From Eledone cirrhosa (Eukaryota), in contig OZ024764.1 in the NCBI GenBank assembly GCA_964016885.1, positions 19,344,001-19,408,000 on the forward strand: a DNA stretch of 64,000 bases, in the 5' to 3' direction. Below are positions 23,740-37,494 of the stretch, piece by piece. The notes beneath the pieces were generated by a model, which had not been told where the DNA came from, searched no databases, and saw nothing but the letters and a program-made list of their open reading frames with translations. The position numbers were made by a program, and so were the translations under genes. The stretch's first letter is position 1; the number at the start of each line of letters is the position of its first letter.

Positions 23740-24150
23740 AGTACCCTGGCAGAGATCACCGGGTATCTCGGGTCATATGGAGGCTAAGTTGCCAGAACAG
23801 CTAAGTACCCTGACAGAGATCACCGTGTATCTCGGTAAGATCGGGTCATATGGAGGCTAAGCTACCAGAACAGCTAAGTACCATCACAAGAGTCATCGGG
23901 TATCTCGGTAAGATCTTGTTATAAGGAAGCTAAGCTACCAGAACAGCTAAGTACACTGACAGAGATCACCGGGTATCTCGGTAAAATCATGTCATGTGGA
24001 GGCTAAACCGCCAGAACAGCTAAGTACACTGACAGAGATCACCGGGTATCTCAGTAAAATCTTGTCATATCGAGGCTAAACCACCCAAACAGCTAAGTAC
24101 CCTCACAAGAGTCATCGGGTACTTCGGTAAAGCCAGCTGCCAACGGTGAC
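23740..24150 (-). repeat. 73-bp CRE-derived minisatellite (~5.5 units)
   Basis: aacagctaagta recurs every 73 bp (units at 23795, 23868, 23941, 24014, 24087). Confidence 0.85.
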
Positions 24151-24419
24151 CACAACTTCATTGTCAGCAGCCCAGCTTCTCAAACATCACAGACTGGAAT
24201 AAATACTTTGCCGATAATTACTGGTAGTTTAGCTTTTATTTCGTTCGTCTACGGAAGCAGTGACCCTCACTTTTACTACAGCATGTAGGATGTGGGAGGG
24301 AGACAAAAACATCACTAACTGGGGTCTCACAAATGTGACAGTTAGTTTTGAAAATACATATACAAGATACAAGATAAATGACTAGACTGAAATATATTTG
24401 ATAGGGAATAAAGAGTAGA

Positions 24420-24594
24420 ATATTCTAGTCTGTGGTGTTGGAGAAGTTTGGAGGAGATAGGTCCCTGACAACGAGGTTCTTGTTATCGTTGGCAGCTCTC
24501 CTTACTGAGGTGTCAGGTGATACATATGAGGGTGTTTGGTAGTTCCAACATCTTAGCCTTGCTATCACTCGAGGTGAGACTGTCTCAGAAAGTA
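24420..24594 (+). mobile_element. CRE 3' relic (paralog of 3370-3546), ending at the inversion breakpoint
   Basis: Near-identical to 3370-3545. Confidence 0.8.
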
Positions 24595-24673
24595 TACATC
24601 CATATATTGCGAGGAGAAAAATATTAAAACTGTGAATTATGTGAGAAACTGAGGTGATTGATATCTTTTATGA

Positions 24674-25726
<1,053 letters not shown>

Positions 25727-25775
25727 TAGTAAATCATTCAGTCAGGGTAATACCTTAACTACCCACAAACGTTAA

Positions 25776-26416
25776 ATATATTTAAAGATGATACAAACTG
25801 TTTTGTAGATCTCTTCAAGTTTAATATACATATAAAATTATTTTGTACATATTCCTGACAGTGAAGAATCTAATTTTTCTGGTCTTCATTTGATTAGTTA
25901 TTCCTGTAATAATGGAAATATTTCTACTCCTGTAGTTCCATCAACTATCATCTTTGTCAATATATGAAGATCTTACAAAATCATGTGTAATTGAGTTTAC
26001 AAGAAATATTTCCCAGTATTTCTCGCATAGATTTATATAAACAAGGTTGTATCTGTTCTGTATAACAGCTTCCTTTAGTCTTTAAATAATGGTGTTGATG
26101 AAACAACTGATATAAAAGTGTTTTATCTTTTTCATACCAGTCTTTATATTTATCTAAAAACTTTCCATTGTAAGTTCATGAAATTGTGCAAAGTTATGTT
26201 CCAAATAGCAGCTTAATACTGAGAAATTTAGTTATATTACTAAATCCCTTGAAAGTGTTGAGTGTTTTCAAAATTATTTGAAAATGATGGGTAGTGTCTT
26301 TCATTAGAAATGGTTAATGTTGAGGATATGTCTGATGTAACGTGCTCTTTAATGCCAATGTCCTCTGGTATTCTGAAATAATAAAAGAACATTATAAGAT
26401 ACTCAGAAACTTGTAA
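25776..26416 (-). pseudogene. Orphan 5' part of a zinc-finger exon 2 (acceptor plus leader)
   Basis: Homologous to 42805-43505; acceptor tttcAG at 26374-26373. Confidence 0.8.
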
Positions 26417-26747
26417 TAACTGTATTACCCTATGATGATACTATAACATTATAAACCTAAAATTCTGTGATTGTGTCTTGTCTGTAATGTAATACAGCCA
26501 AAACGGGGCATAATGGGGAAATAGTTTGAAAGGAAGTTGACACTGAAATGGGAATACAGATGGGATAAAATAAGTTTCATGTAAATCAGAGCACAGGTTC
26601 CCGAGATATGGGGTTTTTCAGGTACCTTCATAAAGAGAGAGAGAGAGAGAGAGAGATAGTGTAAGAAAGCTGGTGGTGTTGTTGAACGAAAAATTTTAAA
26701 ATTATAACAAGAGACTTGTGTGTGTGCGTCTGTGAGAGACACTCCCA

Positions 26748-29700
26748 TTATCATCATCATCATCATCATCAACGTTTAACGTCCGTGTTCCACGCTTGCA
26801 TGGGTTTGGACGGGGGTATTCCCACTTGAGGCAAGAGTGATTGTCTTGCTCGCATAGGACTGTCTGGCGGGTTTTCTACAGTTGGATGCCCTTCCTAACA
26901 CCAACCACATTTACAGTATGGAACTGGGAGGTTTTTACCGTGTTACCTACACGGCCACATTACAGCGTGGACTGTGTGTTTTTTTGTCGTGACACCTACA
27001 CGATCTCATTTGTTTCGGCCTGGATGGTGTGGCACCAACATAACTTTACATAGGAGGGGGTGGTGTGGATGGGGTGGGGGGGACGGGGGGTGTATTTTGT
27101 TAGAGATGCCTACTGGCTGTAGTAGGTTTTACTATGTATTTAGGCAAGGCGGGTCTTCTCTATTACTGAGTACCGCCAAAGGTCTCGGTCCAGTGACATT
27201 GTCTTGGAGAGGTGTAAGTGTGTGAGGTCGGAGTTTATCAGCTCGTCCCAGGATTTTCTAGGTCTGCCTATTCCGTGGCTACCGTCTATCTTTATTGCCC
27301 TGCACTTTGTTATACAGCTATCGACTTTCATGCGCATCACGTGTCCATACCAACGTAGCCTTCTCTCGAGTAAACAACATCTGATCCCTCTTATTTCTAA
27401 TTTTTTCCTTAGTTCGTTTATGCTTTGCCGTTCACGTATATTACTATTACACATCCAGCGGAGCATGCAAGCTTCATTCCTCTCTAGTCTGCGTATATCC
27501 TCTGCACACAATGCCCAGGTCTCACTGCCATGCAACATTGCTGTTCGTATGCAGGCATCATACAACCTGCCTTTCATTTTTAGGGAGAACCCTTTAGCGG
27601 CTAATAGTGGTATAAGCTCTCTGAACTTTTTCCATCCAGTTCTGACTCTAGCTACTGTACTTTCAGAGCACCCTCCCCCACTGCTGATTTTGTCACCCAG
27701 GTAACGGAAGCTGTCCACTATTTCTATAGAGCCCTCTGCGCAGTTGTAAGAGCTAGTATTTTGTGGGCACTCGCTGCTACTTATTGCACCAGAGCACCGC
27801 CCACATGTAAAATCTATGTTCTTAGTTAGCTTACCTGTGATCCCACTACATCTTTTATGCACCCATACTTTGCATTTGGGACATAAAATGGAGTTTCTAC
27901 CTACGCCTTTCCTACACACTGAGCATGGCCATTTCCCGGAAGGGACCGCCGCCTTATTTTCTTTCCTACAAACTAGAACTTTAGTCTTAGCCAGGTTAAT
28001 TTTAAGGCCTTTTGATTCTAGGCCGTGCTTCCATGTTTGGAATTTCTTCTCTAGCTCGGCCATTGATTCAGCTATGAGTGTCAGGTCGTCTGCGTATAGG
28101 AGTTCCCATGGGCAGCCGGTCTTGAACTCCTCTGTTATAGCCTGAAGGGCAATAATAAATAGTAGGGGGCTGAGAACAGAGCCCCGATGGACGCCAACTT
28201 TTACGCTAAACTCTTCACTATATTCGTTAATTCTAACCGTGCTGGCTGTTTCTTTATACGTAGCTTGTATAGCTCTCACAAGCCATTCGTCGACACCTAG
28301 TTTTCTAAGGGCCCACCAGATAATGGAACGGGGGACTCTGTCGAAGGCTTTCTCCAAGTCGACAAAAGCTAAGTAGAGGGGTTTACCTTTAGCTAGGTAC
28401 TTCTCCTGTAGTTGACGTACAATGAAAAGAGCGTCTGTGGTACTTTTGCCTGACACAAACCCGAACTGCATTTCATCTAGGTCAATTCTCTCTCTGATTA
28501 GTTGCGCTATTACTTTTTCCGTGACCTTCATGACCTGGTCGATTAATTTAATGCCTCTATAGTTACTCCTATCTAGGGCATCTCCTTTACCCTTATAACA
28601 GTTAACGATGATGCTGCTATGCCAGTCCTTCGGAACAACCCCATTCTGTACGACTTGGTTAACTATCCGGGTGACCATGGTGTGTCCCACCGTGCCAGAT
28701 GCCTTCAGCATCTCAGCAGCTATTTCCGAAGGCCCAGCCGCCTTACCCGTCTTCATATCCTTGATTGCCTTACATATTATACTACCCTCGACTAACACTG
28801 CTGGTCCCTCTATTGGGTCAATATGGGGGAGACTGTCTTTCTCCCATTTATTCTCCTCATTTAGTAGCCTTTCATAGTGACACTTCCAAGCTACCTTCTT
28901 ATCAGCGTCGGTGATGGCAAGTACGCCGTCATCATTAAGTACACACTTCTCCCCGACAATATCACGGTTTTCCTTGACACATTGCCTAGCAATCCTGAAC
29001 ACCTCACGTTTTTGGTCCTCGCGTTGTAGAACATGCTTGAACTTTCTTTCCTCTGCTTCCCTTCTTGCAAAGTACACTTGTCTCCTAGCTTCCCTCCTGG
29101 CCACTTGATAGTCTTCTCTACTTCCCCCATCCCGCCATACTTTCCAAGCCTTTTTTTTGGCCTTAATTGACCCCTCCACCTTACTGTTCCACCACCATGT
29201 TACTCTCCTCCTGCCAACAGGCCTGCTCCAGCCACAGACTTCGTCTGTCGCCATCAGCAGGTTTGCTTTCAGAAATTCCCACTGTCCCTCTATATTGTCC
29301 AACTCTAAATGCTCTTCCTTACTGTCGAAAGCATCAAGTAATATGCTTTGAAATTTATTTCTGGCTGTGGGGTCCTTTAGCTTCCATATTTTTCTCCTGA
29401 GGATAGTCCTCTTCTGCTGTCGAGTACGTCTCGTCCTGACTATGAGGTCGCTAATTATCAGTCTATGTTGGGAGGTGCATTCTTCATGCACAGGGGGAGG
29501 GATTTAGTGTTTACAACAGACACTCTGTCACGTCTTCTGGTAAGGATATAATCTACCTGGCTTGTGTGTTCCCTGGATCTATAGGTGATCAGGTGATTGT
29601 CACGTTTTTTGAAGTTAGTGTTACAGATAGTTAGGTTATTTGAGTCACAGAATTCCAGGATTCTGGAGCCTTCCTCATTTCTGGTACCAAACCCATAGCC

Positions 29701-30300
29701 TCCATGGACTTCGTCGTAGCCATCACAATGTTGTCCAACGTGACCATTTAGGTCGCCTGCAATAATTATATAGTCACTGTCGGTTATTTGGGAGGTAGTG
29801 AGCATCAGTGTCTCATAGAATCTGTCTTTTATAGTGCCGGGCAGACCGGATTGGGGTGCGTACGCAGATATTACTGTCACTGTAGTTCTATTGAGGACAA
29901 GTCTTATTTTAATTATTCTGTCGTTCACTCTATTTACGTCTATTATCTTATCTGCCCACTTTTCTGCTACCATGATTCCTACTCCACCCAGCCCATCGTC
30001 GTCGTTTCCCACCCACAAAAGCTTATAGCATCGTTCTTTACCCACGATGAATCTAGCAGACCCACCCCTCCACCTGGTCTCTTGAATACAACAAACATCG
30101 ACCTCCTTACGTTCAAGCATTTCTACAACCTCGTTAGCGCGACCCTTTAAGGTGCCTACATTTATGGTACCAACTCTGAATTTTGGATTGCGTTTGGAGG
30201 GTGGGGGCAGTGGGGGGCGGGGGGAGATGGGGTTATGTTAGCCGTCCGTGGTCGAAACAAAGAGGAGTGCTCGCATTCTCGTCCACGAGGTGAATTTGTC
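26748..30300 (-). mobile_element. Near full-length RTE-clade LINE (APE endonuclease plus RT) with one frameshift near 29490
   Basis: GTINVGTL, CCIQETRW, SAYAPQ, AGDLNGHVG, VDYIL. The 783-aa ORF has FVDLEKAFD, LLYADD and RWYGHVMR. It has a 3' UTR and a (GAT)n tail at 26748-26770. Confidence 0.95.
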
Positions 30301-30330
<30 letters not shown>

Positions 30331-30333
<3 letters not shown>

Positions 30334-30748
30334 GATGAGGTGATAAAAGCCGACCTTACCCAACTACACCTCTCAAAGTCAATGACACACGACCGTGACT
30401 TCTGGCGTCACGCAGTAATACAGGGTACCCGACCTCCCATGGGTACATGCTGAAGCATATAAACAATATGCCCCCCCCCCCACCGCAAGGTGGTCGTGGA
30501 GGTGCCACGGCAAAAAAGCACCCAGCCCACACTGTAAAGTGGACGTGTAGGCGCCACGAAAAAGCACCCAGCACTCACTGTAAATGAGGTTGGTGTTAGG
30601 AAGGGCATCCAGCTGTAGAAATCAAGCCAGATCAGTTCCTGTATGAGCAAGGCATGGTCAGCCGACCAGACACTGCCCACAACAGGACAACCCGTCTAAC
30701 CCATGCTAGCGTGGAAGAACGGACGTAAAATGATGATGATGATGATGA
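30331..30748 (+). mobile_element. 5'-truncated RTE copy
   Basis: WDEVIKADLTQLHLSKSMTHDRDFWR...*, then 3' UTR and (GAT)n tail; embedded in (TA)n. Confidence 0.88.
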
Positions 30749-31383
30749 TATATATACACACTTATATATATATATATATATATATATACATAAACATGGG
30801 CCTACCTACTAATTTCATTTTAGATTATAGACATGTCTGTGTATATTTTAATTATTTAAAAATTATTTTTAAAGGAAACGTGACCAAACAGGTCACAGGT
30901 GTTCTAGTAAGATTATAAATACAAACACACAAAAGATAGAATCTACTCAAACGTTAATATCTCAGACCCCAGTAGATTACTGGAACTTTAATTTATCCAC
31001 CCCGTTAGAATGAAAGACAAAGTTAACTTTGGTGGGATTTGAACTCATAACATAAAGGGTTGAAATCCCGCCGAGGTTAGCTTTGCCCTTCATCTTTACA
31101 AGGTTGATTTAAGATCTAATAATAGTTTCTGATTTAGACACAAGGTCGACTATGTTTGGGGGGAATAAGTTGATTAAATCAAACACAGTTACTGTGAGAT
31201 CACTTCTTTGATAGTTTGTTTAAAAATAACTGATTCACAATTTACGTATGAAAAGTTGACAAAGATTTACAAGTGGTGTTATCAATAAATAGGGCCTTCA
31301 AAGTAGCAGGAAACGACTAGATTTGTAGATAAAGAAGTGGGAGACAGGATTATCAGAGTTTAGAAGAGCTACACACTTCTCCA

Positions 31384-31586
31384 GTTGGCTGGGAAATAAT
31401 TATCTTTCCTTATTATTTTTCTCGACCTCTTAGATGTTTGCAATCGACTTTTCTTCCTGAAAACGGAAACCCTAACCCTAATACTGGGGAATAAAACGTC
31501 TATTGCAAGTATCTAAAGGGTTCAGAGAAAATATTGAAAAGGGGTCTAGAAAAAAATCTAAGAAAAATAATTATTTCCCACCCAAC
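31384..31586. mobile_element. Foldback MITE copy
   Basis: Paralog of 15551-15754. Confidence 0.7.
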
Positions 31587-31663
31587 GTGAGGTGTGAGTA
31601 GATCTGTGAAACTACATCTCTTCGTATACTTTCACCCTACTTTTTCTACAAATCTAGTTGTTT

Positions 31664-31790
31664 CCGTGAGGGTACCTGGTTATTTCAGCCCCTTAGCCTC
31701 ACCTTACCGAGGTGTCAGGTGATACCCGTGAGGGTACCTGGTTATTTCAACACCTTAGTAATGCTGCCAGTGTGTTGGCTTGCCTCAAAG
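31664..31790 (+). repeat. 62-bp CRE-derived repeat (~1.5 units)
   Basis: Same unit as 22031-22417. Confidence 0.8.
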
Positions 31791-32286
31791 TGTGTAGTTA
31801 ACCCCTAAGGTGTGAGGTGTGGCCTATTATCACACCTAGTGGTGAATTGCCATCTCCCACTGTGTTTTTCTTTCCTTTATCATTATTGTTCAATAAATTA
31901 TATTATTATACACAGTTTAGACAATATATTTGTAATGTCTTTCTCAAGGAATTGCCAGCAATTTATAATGTTATTTACACACGTTATTTATGTATATATT
32001 TAAAACATATTTACAACGTTATTCTACTGTAAATTTATATAATTGTAATAAAATATATTAATTATATCATCACATAATATAAAAACGACCTTTAGAATAT
32101 TTAAATATTTAGTTTTGTTAATTTTTTTTTCAGCAACAACAAAAGTTTTCACTTTAATTAATTAGAGGTAGGTAAAATATAGATAATTACGATAACATTT
32201 TATATTTCCAGTAATGAAACAAACAAGAAAATATATATTTGTGATGTGAAAAGTGAGCTTAAATCTACAATATTAATAGACATAAT

Positions 32287-32420
32287 ACTTACATTATAGT
32301 CTCAGGTGTTTAGTATTTACAGAAATGTTTTCTAAATGATGTTGTAGGAAGACTAACACGTGGACAGGAAGTCGACAACTGCACCACTGCGCATGCTTCA
32401 ATGTTTTTTTGTGACGTAAA
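32287..32420 (-). promoter_or_regulatory. Putative promoter plus exon 1 (copy 4)
   Basis: CACGTG 32357-32362, TGCGCATGC 32388-32396, TGACGT 32412-32417; donor at 32292-32287. Confidence 0.6.
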
Positions 32421-32498
32421 ATATTTTTACGGAATTAAATGATGTAAAGTTTCTAATAATAAAAATGAAAGTTGAAATCAGTAAATGTAATTAAAATA

Positions 32499-32850
32499 GA
32501 ACAGCTAAGTACTCTTACAGAGATCACCGGGTACTTCGGTAAGATCGGGTCATATGGGGGCTAAGTTGCCAGAACAACTAAGTACCCTGACAGAGATCAC
32601 CGGGTATCTCGGTAAGATCGGGGTCATATGGAGGCTAAGCTACCAGAACAGCTAAGTACCTTGACTGAGATCACCGGGTATCTCGGTAAAATCATGTCAT
32701 GTGGAGGCTAAACCGCCAGAACAGCTAAGTACACTGACAGAGATCACCGGGTATCTCAGTAAAATCATGTCATGTGGAGGCTAAACCACCCAAACAGCTA
32801 AGTACACTCACAAGAGTCATCGGGTACTTCGGTAAAGCCAGCTGCCAACA
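32499..32850 (-). repeat. 73-bp CRE-derived minisatellite (~4.5 units)
   Basis: Same unit as 23740-24150. Confidence 0.85.
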
Positions 32851-33124
32851 GTGACAACAACATCGTTGTCAGCAGCCCAGCTTCTCAAACATCACAGACT
32901 GGAATAAATACTTTGCCGATAATTACTGGTAGTTTAGCTTTTATTTCGTTCGTCTACGGAAGCAGTGACCCTCACTTTTACTACAGCATGTAGGATGTGG
33001 GAGGGAGACAAAAACATCACTAACTGGGGTCTCACAAATGTGACAGTTAGTTTTGAAAATACATATACAAGATACAAGATAAATGACTAGACTGAAATAT
33101 ATTTGATAGGGAATAAAGAGTAGA

Positions 33125-33300
33125 ATATTCTAGTCTGTGGTGTTGGAGAAGTTTGGAGGAGATAGGTCCCTGACAACGAGGTTCTTGTTATCGTTGGCAG
33201 CTCTCCTTACTGAGGTGTCAGGTGATACATATGAGGGTGTTTGGTAGTTCCAACATCTTAGCCTTGCTATCACTCGAGGTAAGACTGTCTCAGAAAGTAT
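33125..33300 (+). mobile_element. CRE 3' relic (paralog of 3370-3546)
   Basis: Near-identical sequence. Confidence 0.8.
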
Positions 33301-33611
33301 TAGAGGGAGACTCCTGCACCCCATGTGATGTGAGACTGATTGACAGAGTGTTGACTTAATATTTTAATTTGTTGTGATTCTATGTGAAATATATCTCTAT
33401 GTAAGTAACTTGGTTACGTGAATCATTGTGAATCTCGTAAATACTTAAACAGAAATCTACTTAGGACACAAAATAAAGCAGGTTCCATTGAACAAAGTAT
33501 TTAAAGGACGTATATCAAAAAGAAGGGTGGATGTAACGAGAGTTGTCTCCCCTTACATATGTAATACAGTAGCGTATGTTTGTGTGTTTCTCTCTCTATA
33601 TATATTTTTTA

Positions 33612-33826
33612 TGATCGACATTTCGTCAAATCGGACCGAGGAAACAATGTTTCCATTGGTCTTTCCAATTGCTAATACTATCTATCGGTTGCAACTCTAG
33701 GTAGAAGGAGCAACGTGAAATAAAATGTCTTGCTCAAGGATATAACGCATTGCCTAGTCTGAGAATCGAACTCACAACCTCACAATTCCGAATCCAATTC
33801 TCTAACCACTCAGCCACACGCCTTCA
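33612..33826 (-). mobile_element. tRNA-derived SINE
   Basis: Minus-strand A box TGGCTGAGTGG and B box GTTCGATTC, followed by ccttgagcaagaca. Confidence 0.8.
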
Positions 33827-34249
33827 TATATATATATGAAAAAGATATCGTTTTTTTACAAAAACATTATAAAATAATAGAAGGTGAAGTTAAAACAGCT
33901 CAACATACAGTAATTTATTATAATAAACACTACAAAAGACTGTCTCATACTTCTTTGAAAGATGTTTTCAAACAAACACGTGTACAAAATCCTATTGTGT
34001 TAAAAGTAATAATTACGTATGAAACAAATTATTCATTAAAGTAATTAGCAAATACGTTTTTATATATGGTGTCTAGCAGAGGGACCCACTCGCCTCACTC
34101 CTATTGGTGGTGACAGTTGACAACATGGTCTAGTCACCCCTGTCTGGTACCTAGATGACACAACCCTGGGTGGCCCGGCTGAGACAGGTTAAGGCATCTC
34201 TATACCCCAGTATATTACAGTCCAACATAACTGGGATGACATCAATTGT

Positions 34250-34520
34250 AGGTCTCTTCACACCGGTCACCATTGAGACCTCAGAAGTACTTGGACCCCG
34301 TACTGCCAAGCTCCTCTGTAAGATCAGAACGTTGGTGGCCCTTCTGAAGAGGGAGCCCCATGAGGTTGGGGTGGCTGTTGCAGTGGGTGTCACTGTCCAT
34401 CGTCCGGGGCGAATACTTTTGCAGTCTTATCCACAGGGCGCAGCACTTCTGCCCCTTGACCTAGACCCAAAGCTCAATTATTTGCTTGTTGCTGTGAGGA
34501 CTTTCGTATTTAGTTCTTTT
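34250..34520 (+). mobile_element. 3' relic of a second, divergent CRE-like family
   Basis: FTPVTIETSEVLGPRTAKLLCKI...KREPHE, a frameshift, then GWLLQWVSLSIVRG. This is the same RLE C-terminal pattern as the CRE at 46380-46913. Confidence 0.7.
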
Positions 34521-34631
34521 ATGACTCTTCTTTGAAATGTAGTCTTTGTCTCATGTGGTGACCTCCTGGTAGTTAATGTAGCAGAACACACTGAAGGACA
34601 TGCTGCCTTCCCTAGTGTTGGTAACCTACAT

Positions 34632-36661
34632 CAGACATGTCAAACATGCGGCCCTTTGCAAGGAAAGCTGCGGCGCACACAAAGGTTTTTACAGTGCCAC
34701 CATGTTTCATTTTCGTAATATAAAATTTAAAAATTTTTTCGATACAAATGTTTTTTTTGTGCAATTTTTGTCAACTATTTTTAACTTCCATTAATCACGT
34801 GCAGCTCATTAACAGAAAACTTTCTTTCAAAATTTCAAAAGTTTTTGTTTTTGAAATAGTTAGTGCTCCTCCAGCTAAGAGAAAAAGGAAATTGAATGAA
34901 GAAGGGCAAGTGTTTCAAGAAAAGTGAGAATTACAGTATTTTTGCTCAATGCTGAACAGAAAGATACACTGTTTAATTTGCAACAACTACATCGCCACGC
35001 CAAAAGAGTACAATTTAAAAAGACATTATGAAACAAACCCTCGATCTTACGATAAATATGAAGCCCCAATGTGTGTTTCAAGACTCAAGGAATTGAAGTC
35101 TAACTTGACACAGGAATAGACCTGTTTTATGTTAATTCAGGAAGAGAATATCACTTCCGTTACTGCAAGCTATGAACTCAGTCGAATGATTGCCATGAGT
35201 GGGAAATCTTACAGTGAAGGAGATTTTGTAAAGCAATGTCTTGTAAAAACAGCTGAAATTGTCCAGAGAAAGCAGAGTTATTCAAAGACATTTCATTAAC
35301 CAGGAACACTGTTGCTGAACAGATTAATGAAATGTCAGGTGATCTGAAACAACAGTTAAAGGCTGTATCATCAAGGTTTGAACATGTTTCTATTGCTATT
35401 GATGAGACTGTTGACATCACTGGAATAGTACAGCTTGCATTCTTCATCAGGGCCTGTGACAGTGAATTTAATATTTATGAAGAACTGATTGAACTGGTCC
35501 CCAAACATGACACTATAACAAGCCAGGACATCTTTGAGAAGGTCAAGCAGGGTCTGCATGGTTTTGATCTGAGTAAACTTGCATGTTTATCTACTGACAG
35601 TGCTGCAAATATGGTTGGTAGACATAATGGTGTTGCTGCCAAGTTACAAACAAAAATAGAAAACTCATATCTAGATTCATCATTTGCACATTTTCACTGT
35701 ATTATTCATCAGCAAAATTTATGTTCAAAGATTTTAAAATTGCATCATGTGCTTAGCTTGGTCACAAAGACAGTGAACTAAATCAGAGGCCGTGCTCTCA
35801 ACCACCGTCAGTTCAGCCAGTTGTTGGAAGATATGGATAATCAGTTCACCGATGTTCCATTCTACACAGAAGTCTGCTGGTTGACATGTCACAAAGTGCT
35901 GAAAAGATTCTATTTGTTGAAATAATTATGTTTTTGGAGATGAAAGGTCAAAACACAGATGAAATAAAAGATGAAAGTTGGCTCCAACATCTGGCTTTTG
36001 TTGTGGATATTACTGCACAATTAACTGATCTTAATTTGAAATTACAAGGTAAAAACAAACCCATCACTCAGTTGTATGATGACATCAAGTTCTTCATTAG
36101 AAAACTTAGCTTATGGAAGTCTCCGTTGTCAGATGAAAATTTAATTCATTTTCTTATGTGCAAAGAGCTGAAAATCACTGCCCATACTGAGTCTGTACTT
36201 TGCTTAACAAAAACTTCTCAGAGAACAAGGTTGACAGATCAACACATGTCATTTCTGATTAAAGTTGGAACTGTACAGACATTTCAGCCAGACATACCAA
36301 ACATTGTTAACAGAAAGAAGTGTCAAGCCTCAGGACAAAACACTAAAAATGGTTGAATGGTAGCAAATAAATGTTCAGTTTTGAACTGTTGTTATTTGTG
36401 TACAATGTATTTGTTGCTGTAAACAATCTGCAAGTATATGTTGACATGTTAAATTTTAGTTTTTTATCAAACTACTTCATTACTTTGTATTCATGAATGC
36501 TGCTAAAACATTTGTATGTACATTGTATGTTTCTAAATTTAAGTAACAAATCTTTCTGCAATATATTTTATTAAATGACTTTAATTAGTTGCAGTGTGCA
36601 ACCCTCAGACAACACATGTGACCTATGTGGACCTTGGGGAACCCTCAGTTTTTTATGCCTC
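34632..36661 (+). mobile_element. hAT (Charlie/SPIN, GTF2IRD2-like) DNA transposon, degenerate
   Basis: 8-bp TSD ACCTACAT (34624-34631 and 36662-36669); left end cagacatgtcaaac; SIAIDETVDITGIVQLAFFIR, STDSAANMVG, HCIIHQQNLC, LNLKLQG. Confidence 0.92.
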
Positions 36662-36959
36662 ACCTACATGATAAACACACCCAACACAGGCTGTAATGTG
36701 GTTGGTCATGTGAAGGACATCTAGCCATAGAAAGCTTGCCCGACAATAGTGTCGGAGAACCCTTCAATCATGACAAAGACATGACAACCTTTTCTGTGCA
36801 CTCAGTAGCTAATGAGACCTTATGTAAATAAGTCTCAGATCCTTGGTCTGTCTGGGAGATCAGTAGCCTCACTTCAGTACTTACTTGGTTGAAGTAGACT
36901 CATTAAACCCTTGCTAGCAGGGAAATCTGATGTTGATTATGTAACCTCAACCTCTTCTT

Positions 36960-37450
36960 ATTAACCCACTTATTCCAGAAAGGGTCTTGGGGGCAGAGTC
37001 CTCAAACACTCCCTCCAACAGGTCCTATCAGAAGCAACCCACTCCAACTGATCTGGCTGGATCTCCCAGAGAGACCAGCCAAGCTCATGGATGTTATGTG
37101 ACCATCTTGCTCAGGTCTACCCCTGGGTCTCCTGCCGGTTAGTTTTGCCTGTAAAATCTATCCAGTGATTCTTTCCTCAGACATTCTAACCACATGGCCA
37201 TAGTATTGCAGCTGTGATCTCTCAATTAGGAGAAGTAACAGCTCCACCTGGAGTGACTCTCTGATCTCAGAGCTATGCACTTTATTGAGAAACGTTCCTT
37301 CAAAGATCCTGCAGAGGAATCCCATATCTGCCATTTGTATTCCCAATCATATTCTTTTGGTCATTACCCAAGATATGTGACCATAGGTAAGGGTTGGCAC
37401 AAAAACCTAATTGAAGACAGCAAGTTCGGCTTTTATACCTACCTCCCTTC
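36960..37450 (-). mobile_element. RTE-clade C-terminal relic (different family)
   Basis: IQMADMGFLCRI...SSEIRESLQVE...IERSQLQYYGHVVRMSEER. Confidence 0.75.
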
Positions 37451-37494
37451 TTCTGATTACTGAATGTTGGAGCTGGTGCATTACTGATATTTCA

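Larger units (their letters stand above)
26447..30907 (+). mobile_element. Non-autonomous Helitron split by RTE insertions in its (TA)n tract
   Basis: 5' half at 26447-26745; 3' half at 30790-30907 with hairpin and CTAG|T. Confidence 0.7.

Noticed and set aside
33740-33826. tRNA gene
   Set aside because: A and B boxes are present but there is no convincing cloverleaf, and it continues into a SINE body.
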